Shown: positions 12,477-24,714 of the stretch, piece after piece
How the letters are laid out: the number at the start of each line of letters is the position of its first letter
Position numbering within the stretch: position 1 is the stretch's first letter
Assembly: GCF_009914755.1 (NCBI RefSeq)
Contig: NC_060925.1
Length of the DNA: 64,000 nt
Direction: 5' to 3' (one strand)
Source of the DNA: the human T2T-CHM13v2.0 reference genome, Homo sapiens
Made by a program: the position numbers and the translations under genes
Notes under the pieces: generated by a model
Told to the model about the DNA's origin: nothing
Databases searched by the model: none
Seen by the model: the letters and a program-made list of their open reading frames with translations, nothing else

Positions 12477-12527
12477 CTGGTGTCACTGCGACCGCCACAG
12501 CGGCCGGCGGGGGTGGGGGGGTCTGTG
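12477..12527 (-). CDS. HSPG2: Candidate alternative cassette exon in intron 6 (51 nt, [17 protein letters not shown])
   Basis: Branch-like ACTGAT, tcttcctttccag acceptor, CAG|GTGAGA donor, phase 1-1, no stop. Confidence 0.7.
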
Positions 12528-12729
12528 CTGGAAAGGAAGATGTGATCAGTGGCTGTTCCACCTGGGAGCCGGGAGCTGAGGGCTGCAGGGCTGGGCCACA
12601 TTCCACCATCCCTAGCCAGGAGGACTTATTGAAAAGTGAGAGAGGAGGGCTGGACCCCCAGCAGTCTTTAGACCTGGGCCTGATGATGCAGAAGAGCAAG
12701 CTTGATCTCTGGGTGCAATAATTAAGGGT

Positions 12730-12898
12730 TTTTGTTTGTTTGTCTTGTTTTAGAGGCAGGGTTTTGCTCTGTCGCCCAGGCTGGAGTGCAGTGGCATGAT
12801 CCTAGCTCACTGCAGCTTCAAACTCCTGGGCTCCGGTGATCCTCCTGCCTCAGCCTCCTGAGTAGCTAGGACTACAGGCGCGCACCACCACGCTTGGC
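12730..12898 (-). mobile_element. Alu monomer (right arm)
   Basis: Partial Alu consensus. Confidence 0.85.
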
Positions 12899-13789
12899 TT
12901 TAATTGAGGTGCGGAACAAGGGAGGTGATGGTTTCACTGTCTTTTCCTAATTGGGCTACACCATAGTAGGGGATGGAGTTTGTTCCATTCTGAGTTCCAC
13001 TGAGTCAGGGTCTTCCCAGAGACAGGGAACTGAGATGGAGACAGGGCCGAGAACCACACCTGTGAAGGATGAACTAGGGCTGTTCGGTCTAGAGAAAAAA
13101 AAGAGACTCAGGAGGTTAAAACAGGAGACCAAAGGCACAGTAGAAGGAAATCTGGGCTGACCCAGAGTACAAAGGCCAGGATTCTGCACCTAACCGCTGT
13201 GTGGCTTTGGACCAGTTTCCTAGTCTCTCTGTGCCTCAGTTTCTCCTGCTTCTGTCATCACAGGTTCTGGCAAGACTGTCACAGACACCGAGTTTGTTTG
13301 AAATCCTCGCCTTTTCACTATCTGCCCATCTGATTCTGGACAAATTTAGATTTTCCTTTCTGGGCCTCAGTTCCCTCGTCTCTGAAACAGGAGGAATAAC
13401 ATCTCCTTCATAGGAATTGCTGTGAAGACTGACCCGGAGGCTGGAAATAAAGGCAGTCAGTGCTCAGTAAACAGTTGCTCATTATTATTAAGTACTAATG
13501 TGTTTTGGACTTGGAAGTACAGGATAAATAAAGGCCTGATTACCTATTGTCAATGTGCAGAGGTCTAGAAGGAAGGAGCAGAACTCGGGTCTAACGGGTA
13601 TGTGCTAGAGGAAACAGTCTGTGCTCTACCAAGCCAAGATTGTGTAAAGATCGATGGGGCAGACTCAGGAGTAGTGAGCTCCCTGTTTCTAGTGGTGTGC
13701 AAGCCCAAGTTGGGAGCCTATGGCAGAGACACTGAAAGGGGACCCCACGAGTCTGGAGGAGGCGATCCCAGACACCAGGATAGGCTCAC

Positions 13790-13950
13790 CTGTGCCCAGG
13801 CGTCGGAACTGGAATCCCTGGGGAGAGGTGACGTAGGAGGCCACAGAGCCGCTGGAGATGACCCTGAGCAGCATCTCCTGAATCTGAGCACCATCCGCAT
13901 TCCCTTCCGAGCCCACATCGAGCTCCACAAAAACCCAGCCATCCAGCTCC
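13790..13950 (-). CDS. HSPG2: Exon 6 (161 nt), SEA domain end
   Basis: ELDGWVFVELDVGSEG...QFRRLGT. Confidence 0.96.
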
Positions 13951-14235
13951 CTGGGGATGGAGACAGGCAGGAGAGGAGGGTCAGCGAGACACCTGTGTTC
14001 TCAGCTCCTCCATGAGGCTCCCGCCCCGACGCTCAGGCCCTGTTCCGGGACAGCCTGTACCCAAAGAAGGGCAACTAAAGGTCCCAATGATCCCCCGACC
14101 AATTCCTGAATTTCCACCCACAGCGACTCATCCCATAGGCCTTTCCGCGGTGCCAGGCTTCCTTCCCATCCTCATCAGCCCCCTCCAGGTTACCCGCTCA
14201 AGTCCCCCAGCAGCCCCCAGGGAGCCCCTTCTCAC

Positions 14236-14294
14236 TTGATGAACACCACACTGACAACCTGGTCTCCGGGAATTTTCAAGTACTCCGACTCCAG
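14236..14294 (-). CDS. HSPG2: Exon 5 (59 nt), SEA domain
   Basis: LESEYLKIPGDQVVSVVFIK. Confidence 0.96.
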
Positions 14295-14393
14295 CTGGGG
14301 AGGGACACAGTGCCATCAGCCCCAGAGGCCTTCACCCCATCCTCGGTCCTGCCCCGCCACACCCGCGAGCTTCCCAAACCCCCTTCACCTCAC

Positions 14394-14503
14394 CGTGTCT
14401 ACCACAGCCTCGGACACCTCTCGAAACTCTCTGGAGCCTGCATCCTCCAGCTGAGGGCTGTACTCGATGGAGCGAGTGAAATTCACCAGGGCTCGGAAAT
14501 AAA
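14394..14503 (-). CDS. HSPG2: Exon 4 (110 nt), SEA domain
   Basis: VYFRALVNFTRSIEYSPQLEDAGSREFREVSEAVVDT. Confidence 0.96.
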
Positions 14504-15427
14504 CTGGAAAATCGAAGGAGGATCATTTTGAGAGCCCCAGCCTGGCATCTAGTGGCCTTAGGCAGTTGGACCATTCAGGCAGAGTTGGGGGGATGGCCCC
14601 CAGAGGCCTCCCTCGAGGCTGACACCTGTGTGCCCACTGCTACACCCAGGACTGCCTGTAGGTATACATGCTCAGGGGTCAATGCCAAGGCCCCAACTTG
14701 ACTGAGGGGCTTTAACTAACAGGGGAAATGGCCTGATCCAGAAACCAAGTGCTAGTGCAAAAGAGGAGACCCCCACAGTTCAGAGGAAGGCTGGACAAGA
14801 AGGGGTGGCTCCCAGAGGGAGTTGGCCTGGCACAGGGATTACCTGCGTGTGACTGGGAAAGGCTCTGCCAGCCTTCCTCGGCCAGTTCCTACTCATTCCT
14901 CAGGACTTGGCTCAGCCATTGTCTCCTGATCTTCCTGATCTGCCCTGGCTGGGGTAGAGACCGCTCCCCTGGGCTCCCACAGTGCCCTGCTTTCCCTAGC
15001 AGAGCACCTTCCACCGTGTACTGCATAGATTCTGCCAGGTTTCACATCACAGTAACAATTGTGAGTTCTAAGGTCAGCCATGCCTCAGGCACTGACCTCG
15101 GCTCTGAGTTTCTGTTTCCTAATGGGGATATTGACTGCATGTACCACCTGGGTTGCTGCGAGGAGTGCATGACATTGTGCTCACATGCACCAGGCCCTTG
15201 TACTCAGATGCATCACCTGGCACACAGCAAACCGCCCAAGAATCGAAGCTGCTGTGGTCCTCTCTCCACCACCAGACTCTAGGCTTGATGGAGGGGAACC
15301 TGGGATTTCATTCACGCCCGCATCCCCAGTGCCTGCCGCGTGCCTGGTACACAGCGGGTTCCTTGAAAGTGATGGCTGAATAAATTCATCTCAGACTGGT
15401 GTGAACATACACATGCATCTGTTGTTT

Positions 15428-15683
15428 CTTTTTTTTTTAGGCAGGGTCTTGCTCTGTCACCCACGCTGGAGTGCGGTAGCAAAATCACAGCTCACTGCAG
15501 CCTCAAACTCTAAGGCTCAAGCTATCCTCCCACTGCAGCCTCCTGAGTAGCTGGGATTACAGGTGCATGCCACCATGCCCAGCTAATTTTTTGACTTTTG
15601 ATAGAGATGGGGTCTTGCTATGTTGCCCAGGCTGGTCTCAAACTCCTGGGCTCAAGCAATCCTCTCACTTTGGCCTCCCAAAG
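15428..15683 (-). mobile_element. Alu
   Basis: Antisense Alu consensus. Confidence 0.9.
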
Positions 15684-15808
15684 TACATCTATCGTTTCTT
15701 AAGCACCGACTATATATGAGACATTTTATGCTCATTACGTTTCACAATATTTGTGAATTCATGTATGTGATAGATATGAATGAATAAGAGTGACAAATGA
15801 GTCATATA

Positions 15809-15844
15809 CAAGCCAAGCATCCCTAATCCAAAAATCTGAAATCC
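15809..15844 (+). mobile_element. Tigger4/MER46-like terminal fragment
   Basis: agcatccctaatccaaaaatctgaaatcc. Confidence 0.55.
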
Positions 15845-16382
15845 GGTGTGTAGGTGGCAGAGCAGGGAGTGGCACTGTCTGTGCTACTGCCAGGCCCATC
15901 CTCCTCCCGCTTTACTCTGTCCATCAGGCCCGCAGGTGCACAGGACATTCTTGCTCTGTGGCTCAGGTGAAGAAAGCCCTGGCGCTGCCTGCCCTGAACC
16001 GCTGGGCTAGGCTCCTGGGTGCCGGGTGGGCGGGGCTCTGTGGGCTGGAGTGTGGGGGCCATGGCTCAGCCACAGAGGCCCCTTGTGAGCCAGCACAGAG
16101 GCCCATTGAGAGTCCCCCCACCCAAGCCCCTGGCCTCAGCCCCACGGCCCAGCGCGGGCGAGGAGGCCGGGCCTCTGCCCAGGAATGTGCCCGCTCCTGG
16201 GGAAGGGGACTGGAGCTCCACAAAGCCCCTTTCTACTAGGGCCTGGGAAGGGCACAGGCCCTTCAGCCTGACCCCACCCCGCTTCGTTCTTCGAGACCAA
16301 GGGCAGGTCTGGGTGAACACCTCCCATTTCCCACCCTGCAGCTGGTGCCTGAGCACTGGGGCAGAAGGTGAGGCCACCTCTA

Positions 16383-16706
<324 letters not shown>

Positions 16707-17398
16707 AAGAACCAGCCTCCAGAGCCAAGGACACTGGTGCAGCCAGCAGGGGCGAGGCTGCCTTGGAATAGGGGTGCTCTCTGGCCAGTCCTCTCCCTCC
16801 TCTCACCCTATCTGGTGAGTTCCCTTGGAGCCAGAGGCCGGGAGAGGGAGACAGCTGCCCTGCACTCAGGGTAGAAGTGGGGGCTGCACACCTGACTAGC
16901 CCTGGCCCCGGAGCAGGCTACTCACCAACTCCTGATTCCCATCCCTGCTCAACAGAACTCTCTGCAACACACCCAGGCCCCCGAACTCCAGCCCTGGGTC
17001 CCTGTGGGTCCCTCGGGTGGGCCCAGGATTGGCCTGTGCTGGGGTGGACACAAGTGGCCTCTGGAATGCAGGGCCTGGTCCCTGCAGGGCTGCTGCACCC
17101 ATCTCTGCCCGTCAACACCCCATGGGGAAGAACGCCCGCCAGGGTTCCAGCCCACTGTGTTTAGATCTGTGGGCCCAGGGTGGGCCTGGCTGTGTCCTGG
17201 GCAGGGGCAGTGGCTGGCCTAGCCCCTGGACTCTGCAGGGAGGTGCCTCTGAGCCTCTTGTGTGACTCGCAGCAAAGTGCAGGTTGGGGAGGAAGAGAAC
17301 AGGGAGAAAGGAGAGAAAAGGAAGAGTGGGGAGAGAGGATGGGGAGGGAGGCAGAGGGAGAGCAGCGCTCCCACCTGGCCAGGGCCTGGGTCACTTAC

Positions 17399-17473
17399 TG
17401 AGAGGGGACTCCTCATCAGGCTCCGAGACCATCATGCCAGCCACGGGCGGGCGGCCCAGGGGCTGCCCTGAGC
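17399..17473 (-). CDS. HSPG2: Candidate alternative cassette exon in intron 3 (75 nt, GSGQPLGRPPVAGMMVSEPDEESPL)
   Basis: ctctactctgcag acceptor, CA|GTAAGT donor, phase 1-1, no stop, very long pyrimidine tract. Confidence 0.65.
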
Positions 17474-17475
17474 CT

Positions 17476-17940
17476 GCAGAGTAGAGACAGAGAAGGAGGC
17501 AAGAAGGGACATTGACAGCGAGGGAGACGAGATGGAGAGAAGCAGAGAGAGAGGCAGAGACATTGCAAGAGAGAGGGAGACACAAAGAGACAGAAAGACA
17601 GAGACAGAGATAAAGAAAGTGGGGCGGGGGAGAATGAGAGAGAAAAGGTAAGACAAAGGTGAAGAAAAAGGCAGAGGGAAAAAGAAAAAAAAAAAAGAAC
17701 AGGCAGAGGGGAGAGAGGGAAAGACAGAGGGCGACAGAAGCAGAGATGGTGAGCCAGAGAGAGGGAGAAGAACAGGATGAGGCAGAGGGAGGAGGCGCAG
17801 AGACAGACACTCAAGGAGTGGGGAAGAGGGCCCAGGGCAGGGAGGACAGGGGACACACACAGACATGCCGACAAGGGTCAGAGCAGGACACACGGGCATG
17901 GGGGAAGACAGAAAGAGACAGGTCAGAACATGGAAAGAAA
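17476..17940. repeat. Purine-rich (+) / pyrimidine-rich (HSPG2 sense) tract
   Basis: ~465 nt of GA-rich sequence with a single CT dinucleotide. Confidence 0.93.
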
Positions 17941-19730
17941 CTGGGGGAGGAGACGTGGGAAGGGGTCCTAGGGAGGGGAGGCTATCAGGGACGGGTCTTG
18001 ACACACAGGGGGCTGGAGCTGAGCCAGGGAGCCACAGCCATGCCCAGGGGGAGGAGGGGAAGAGCCATCTCAGGGGCTGGAGTCCAGGGTCTGGGACTGG
18101 GCCAGAGGCTAGGCATGGCCCCATGACAGGCAGGATGGCTCTGGCTCATGGGCGCAGTGGGGGCACTGCCCTTGGTCAAGTCTGAGTGGGCACCCTGGGA
18201 CCCCAGGATCAGGGAGGCACACCTGCTGCCTCCCTGACTGGCATTCAGCCCAGCTGCCTGGACCTGCCCCAAGGGCAGCTGGCAGGAGCCAGGGTTTGGC
18301 CTGGAGGGTCTGAGGCCCCACCTGTTCCCACTTGCGAGGAAAGGCACCTACCCTGGTCTTGGGCCCCCTACAGCTGCTGTGCCCTGTTCCCCACCTCTTC
18401 CCCCTCTGGCCTCGTCTGCCCTCACAGCTGCTTCTCAGGAAGGGCAGGTGGGCTGGCCAGGACTGCCCAGCTGGGGCAGAGCTGCTGCAGTGGGCAGCCC
18501 CCGGGGAGGGGCTGGAGATGGTTCATGAATGGACAGGGTGATCTCAGAGGCAAGCCTGGCTTGGCCAGAGGCAGCTCCAGGGACACATTAGCATAGGCCA
18601 TTCCAGGACGGGACGTGCCATGTGTGCCTGGGGCCCACCTGACACTCCCTCTCCCAAGCCCCACCCAGCTCCCAGGCATCCTGCAGCCTCGTGGAGACCT
18701 ACACATGGAAATGGAAAACCTTCAGGCAGAGCCCCAAGTCCAGGCTCCGGGAGGTCACAGTCAGGACCAGGTTACCCAGTGACCTACCCTCCTGTCTACA
18801 CTGACCCAGTTAGGATGCTACCCACTGGCATTTGAAGGCCCCGGATATGTCAGCTAAAGGGAGGTGACTCCACCCCTGAAGTAGGCCCAGGCCAGATTTG
18901 GCCAAGGCCTGCCTAGGGTGAAGGCAGCCCTGGATGCCACGGATGGCCCAGTAGTTGGTCTGACCTGAGCACCTGCTCCATCCTTGGCCCTGGTCACAGA
19001 TTGTCCCAGGAGCTGCCTCCCAGAGAGGGCAGTAGGAACCATAAAGAGCCACAGGGCCTTGTCCTGGGGTAGGTCCTTCTCCACCCAGTATCCCAGAGTG
19101 GAAGGAAGCAGGGACTATAAGTCCCCATCCCAGTGCTGGGCCAGTCTGACCAGGGTGGGGGCTGACTCTCCTCCCTCCAAGAGCCTAGCCTTGCCTCCCT
19201 AAGCTAGGAACCCTTGCTTCCCAGCCGATGACCCACCTTAAGGCAAGGTTCTCTCCCAAGCCTAGCGTCAGGCTCGATCTGTGCTCTGCATGCCCTGCTG
19301 CCTGCCTGAATGCCCGATTCCACAGAGCCCCTCTGTTCCACTTGTCTTTGCCTGGGATCCCCAGCTCTGTGCCCCCAGGAGGGCTCTGGGGAAGGACTCA
19401 ACAGCTGAGCTGCCCTGGGAGGTGAGAACTTTGCTTTGAATGTGAAACAGCTGACTGGCTGTCAGTCCCCAGCAGAACTGGGCTTTACCTGCCCAGTGCC
19501 CTGATACCTGTGCCTGTGGCATGGGCAAGCACAGGACCTGGCCACACCAGCCTTGCAGGGACCTGCCAATCAGTCTGCACAACTGTCACTCAGCAGGTTA
19601 AGAGATCACACCCACTTCTTCTTGCTTTGTACCCCAGGGCAGGCCCAAGGAGCCCTCAGCCCAGGAGACTGGCTCTGGGGCTTCCCTGGGGGACAGGAGG
19701 GAGACCTGCAGGAGGCCTGCAGCAACTTAC

Positions 19731-19775
19731 CCATCTGGAAGTCCCCGCTGCCCAGGTCCCCACTGCCCAGGTCGT
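19731..19775 (-). CDS. HSPG2: Exon 3 (45 nt), SGD sites Ser71 and Ser76
   Basis: DDLGSGDLGSGDFQM; TAG acceptor, GTAAGT donor. Confidence 0.96.
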
Positions 19776-19983
19776 CTATAAGCAAAAAAGAGATGTAATC
19801 AGCAACAACAAGTATTTGTTGAGTACCTACTGGGTGTCAGGCACTGTTCTGGGCACCTAGTATACAGTGGGACAGGGTTGAGAAAGCTCGGAATGGTCGG
19901 TCACCCTCCTCCCCCATGCCAGTGGGAAGAAGCACAGTCTCACCCCCCACCCCTCTGCTCCCAGCCTTGGATCCTTGGCTCAC

Positions 19984-20119
19984 CTCCTGAGATGCTGTCA
20001 GCCAGCATGTCCTCATCATCAGAAAGGTACGAATGTGTCCAGCGCATTTGGCTTGCTGTGACGGTCTCTATGTCCTCAGGCAGAGACAAGCCATCGTATG
20101 CCCTCAGCCCATGGGTCAC
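19984..20119 (-). CDS. HSPG2: Exon 2 (136 nt), domain I acidic region and first Ser-Gly (Ser65)
   Basis: VTHGLRAYDG...DSISG; AG/GTGAG boundaries. Confidence 0.96.
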
Positions 20120-21439
20120 CTGTAAGCAAACGAGAGCTGATTGAGTCACTCTCTCCAGCTCCCACTGAGCCCCACGGTCCTTCCCCTCACTTCCAGGGGG
20201 ACCCAGAATCCCACCTTCAGGCCCCTTAGTGGTTAAATTTGACTTAGTATGGCTCAGTGAGCCAGGCTGGGGCTGAACCCTTTTGATTCAGTTTCCCCAA
20301 GTCCCATTAGCCCCTGGAGGCTTCAGAGCCCAACCCTGCTATTTCCGAATGAATCCTCAAATAAAGCAGACAATAAAATGTAAATCACTTTGGTAAGTAA
20401 AGACTCCTTTTCCTTTGGAGAAGGCAAGGGACACCCAGGACATGAGTGAGTGGATGGGGGGATGCGGGCGGGTAAAGGGGTGGCCTCGGGCAGCGCAGAT
20501 GGGGGGCACAGGCAGGTGGAAGGCTGGCCAGGGTCAGCATGGGTGGGGACACAGGCAGAAGTCAAGGGCGAGCTGCTCAAAGCCGTTGCCTCCCCAGGCA
20601 GCTCCTCCCCAGGCCATTTGGCTCCTCTTCCTGCCTCACTCTGGCCTGCCCGTCTCCAGGCTGCAGGGAACACATTCCACTGTGTTGGAGAATTAGCTTT
20701 GGCACATGCAGCCACACTGACAGGCTCATCCCTGGGCCCAGCAGCGCGGAGGCAGAGCTCAGTATCTGGGCTGAATGGGGACAGGCGTGGTGTCAACTCC
20801 ACGTGACCTCAGGCTGCTGCCGAGCCCAGGATAAGCTCCACCTTGGGGCCTGCAAACTATGTGGGCCGGAGCAGAAGGGCCCCAGCAGCCATAACACCTG
20901 CCTTCTCAGGTGTGGGTCCGGGCAATGAGTGCCTCTTCCCCCTAGACAAGATCCGGATGATTCCAAAGCAGTTTTACCAAATAACTTAGAGGAAAACAAA
21001 CCCAGGGGAGCCCAAGGGAACCCCGTGGCCCTCAAGTGTGCAGATTCACGATGGCTGGACCCCAGATTCCACAAGCACAAGTATGCACAGACTGGCAATG
21101 GCCTGGCATGAGGGCCTCAGGCCCTGCCCTGGCCTTAAGCCAGAAGGAAATGGTCTCGCTTTTGAAAACCAAACCCACAAGGGCTAGACAAGGTAGTGAG
21201 GTCCAAGCCAGAGCAAAGGCCAAGGAGGAGAAAAAAACAAAGAGCCAGCCAGGCCCCCTTCCCTCCCCACCCCTACTGCTCCCACAGTCCATATCTCTCA
21301 CGCCGGGCCCTCTGCTGGAATGCCCTTCCTCTCTTTGTTTCTCAGGCGAACTCCAATGCATCCTCCAAAATCAACTTAAATACCACCTCCTCCACCTACT
21401 CAGGAATAAGGAGGATCAAACCACTGATTGATAGGTGTG

Positions 21440-21690
21440 GATCTGAAAGAAGCCAGACACACAAGACTACAAACTATACGATTCCATTTATATGAACCCT
21501 TAGGGGTGAAAGTCTAATCCATAGTGACAGAAAGATCAGTAGTCACTTGGGACCAAGGGCAGGCTGGGGGTGACTGGGAAGGGGGCACAAGAGACACTTC
21601 TGGGGTGATGGTTCCCTGGGCATACATATCTCATTACTGACTGTACCCTGAAAATGGGTATATTTTGTTGTGTGTATTTATGCCTAAATA
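21440..21690 (+). mobile_element. Old L1M 3' fragment
   Basis: gaaagaagccagacaca...attccatttatatga, typical of L1M 3'UTRs. Confidence 0.7.
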
Positions 21691-22206
21691 AGGATGACTA
21701 GAAAGAAACTCTCTTTGTCCCGACTCCTTGCTGTTCACAGTGACCTCAACCCCAGTCTGGTTCTGGGCTCACAAGGTTATTGTCTGTACCTCCGTTGGAA
21801 TGGAAGCACCTTGAAGGCAAGGGCTGTGATGAATTCATCTCCACCTTTTCTGCACCCTGTGCTCAATAAATACTTGAATGAATGAATAAATGAACGGACA
21901 AAAACGGAATTCATCACCTATGAATTCCAGTCACTCTGTGAAGATGACTTGCTTTGGGGAGGCACTACCTACCTCTGTGCAATCTATAAGCATCTCCTGT
22001 CCTAGGCTGTGAGCTCCCTGGATGGGGGAGTGGCTGGGTGCCATTTGTTCATCTTTGTGTTTGCGGTGCTCTCAGACCTTGGGGAAGGTCTGAGTTGTCC
22101 ACATCTTATTCCTGCTTTGGCCTAAAGCCCTTACCCCCAACAATCCAGCGGCAAATGTTGCCTCCTGTTCCTTCTCCTCTCCCTGCCCTCTCCCTGTCCT
22201 CCTGAG

Positions 22207-22370
22207 TGCTGGCCTGTGGACTTCTAGGCTGTGCCCGTGGGATGCGCATTCAGGAGTGTGCTTTAGAACGTCCAGGAGCTGGTGAGAAATGCAGATTCCT
22301 GGGCTCCTTCTCAGAGACAGTGAGTCAGGTTTTTCCATCCCAGGAGGGTGGTCTTAGTTGTGCATGTCCA
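22207..22370. mobile_element. MER5A-like DNA transposon fossil
   Basis: aaatgcagattcctgggc core. Confidence 0.6.
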
Positions 22371-24467
22371 GGGGATTCCCACAGTCCCTGGTTAGAACCG
22401 TAAGACCAGCCCCTACCAGGCGCTCTGCCTCCTTCCCTGGGTGGGGTAAAGGGCAGTGTTCCCACTGGCTGGAGCAGGCCTGACTGACCCAACGTGGGTA
22501 TGAGGCTGGGGCTGGTGCAGGGGCACTGACTCTGGTTAGAGGAGATTTGAGGGGTCCCCTCAACCTGGTGGGGGGCTCTGTCAATGCCAATCCCCCTCTC
22601 ATTGCAACCAAGGTTATGGAGGGCATGCCTGGAGCACTGCGACTCCCAGCATCTCCTAGACACTGCCGTCTGGAAAGGAAAACCTAGCGGTGAATGATGA
22701 GCAAGGTCCAGAGCTTTTCCCAGGGAGCAGGGAGCTGGTCAGCGGGTGGCGGCGGGGGTGGCCTTGGGACCAGACAGGAAATAGCAAAGTGAGATTCAAC
22801 ATGGAAAGAAAGCCAGGAACACACATCTGCAGGGAGAGGGGAAAGAGAGGCCAGAGCACGTCGGGACTTGGACAGAAGTGCCCCACACTCCACCAGAGGA
22901 CTCCAGAGCACGGGTCCCTCCATCTGCCAGTCTGCTGTTGCTTGCAGCCCCCACCCTAGGGTCTGAGGATCCAGGGTCAGATAAGGGCCCATAGCAAGGA
23001 ATAAGTCAGCAAGAGCAGAGACTTCATTTGTAAAAAGCTGAAGATCAAAAGGTTCCAGGAGCTCTGTATTTCACATCTGGGAGAGCAGATGGAACCAGAC
23101 AGGAAAGAGGCTCCCAGAAAGAGCCAAAAGGAACTTGGGACTTGACCATAGAAGGACCTTGGACCCAGAAAGGGAAAGACCAGGATCTGCTTGAAGAATA
23201 ATAACAGCTAACATTTATTGAGCACTTACTATGCACCAGGCACTCCTAAACCAGGTTATAGGTCTTATGGGGCTCCACTGAGAAAGGGGGCAAAGAGAGC
23301 AGAGAAAGTCAGGTTACCCGTGGAAACTGGCATGTGGCAGGGCTGAGATTTGAACCCTGGTGGTCGGGCTCCAATACCTAAGCAGCTACCACTGTGCTAT
23401 ATCACCTCTGTGACCAGGGGTATGCAATGAAGCAGATATGAGATCACTGGGAGTCACTCTTGCAAAGCCTCTCAGCCACACTGCATGCCACTTTGCAATG
23501 CATTTCCTCAGCCTAGTATCACCTGAGTTGACAGTGACCCTTGGAGGAGGCTGAGGAGGTATGAATGCTCCCCTTCCCCAGTGAGCCCCGGGAGACGTGT
23601 CTGCCCAGACCACAGGTGAGGAGCTGGCATCCCACCCCAAGCCTTCTGCTCACCAGGAAATGAGGCAGGGCTGGACCTCTGGGCTGGCCATGAGGCCTAA
23701 GCAGAGAGCAATACCAGGGAGCCCAGGGTTGGCCAGTCCCTGTCCCCAACCTGACCAGCTCTCAGAATGGCCCCATGGGATGCCTGAGCTGGCAGTGGCC
23801 TGGGACTGTGCAGCATGTGCCTCAGGTCCCAAGGAGGGCCATTAGCAGCTCCAAGGTCAGAAATAGAACCCAGGTTTCCTGCCCTCCAGCCCGTCTCCGG
23901 CGGTGAGGGAGCCCGGCTTCCTCCCAGAGGAACCCAGCACTTCAGGCATGTGTTGGAGCCAGACGGGCAGCTGGAGAGGAGGGGTCTAGGGGTCAGACCT
24001 CGGCCAGAGAGGAAGGAGCTAAGCAGAGAGGGGGATTTTCCAGACCCTGCAGTTCCTGGTTTGGCGGTGTGCAGGCAGCTGACTCAACCGGGCCCAGGCC
24101 AGAGAATTGTTCTAACAGGCTGAGAACAATTGCTTGGGGCTGGGATGCAGGCAGGGTGACCCCCAGTGGGCAGGCATTCCTTGAACACTGGCAGGACTGT
24201 GGGCGAGGGCTTCTGGGAGGCACCCAATCCCAGAGGTGGGCTATGTCCAGGCCCTCCTGGTGAGAACGAGGGTCACATGGAACTCCAGGTCCAAGTTGTG
24301 TCATTAGGGACAATGAATGCAGGCTGGATCCTCCTCTCCTGGCCTGGGTGAGGATAAAGAGGCAGACAAGGCTGCCTAGGAAAGGACTAAGAACGGAGGA
24401 GAAAACTACAGGAGTGGGGCACAGAATGGAGAGAAGGAGGGAGAGGTACAGATACGGAGAGCAGGTA

Positions 24468-24714
<247 letters not shown>

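Noticed and set aside
17416-18124. Hydrophobic ORFs of 152-230 aa
   Set aside because: Translations of the CT-rich tract; no credible start or homology
19508-19513. Possible 6-nt microexon GCACAG with GTATCA donor
   Set aside because: Too short to distinguish from chance; weak pyrimidine tract
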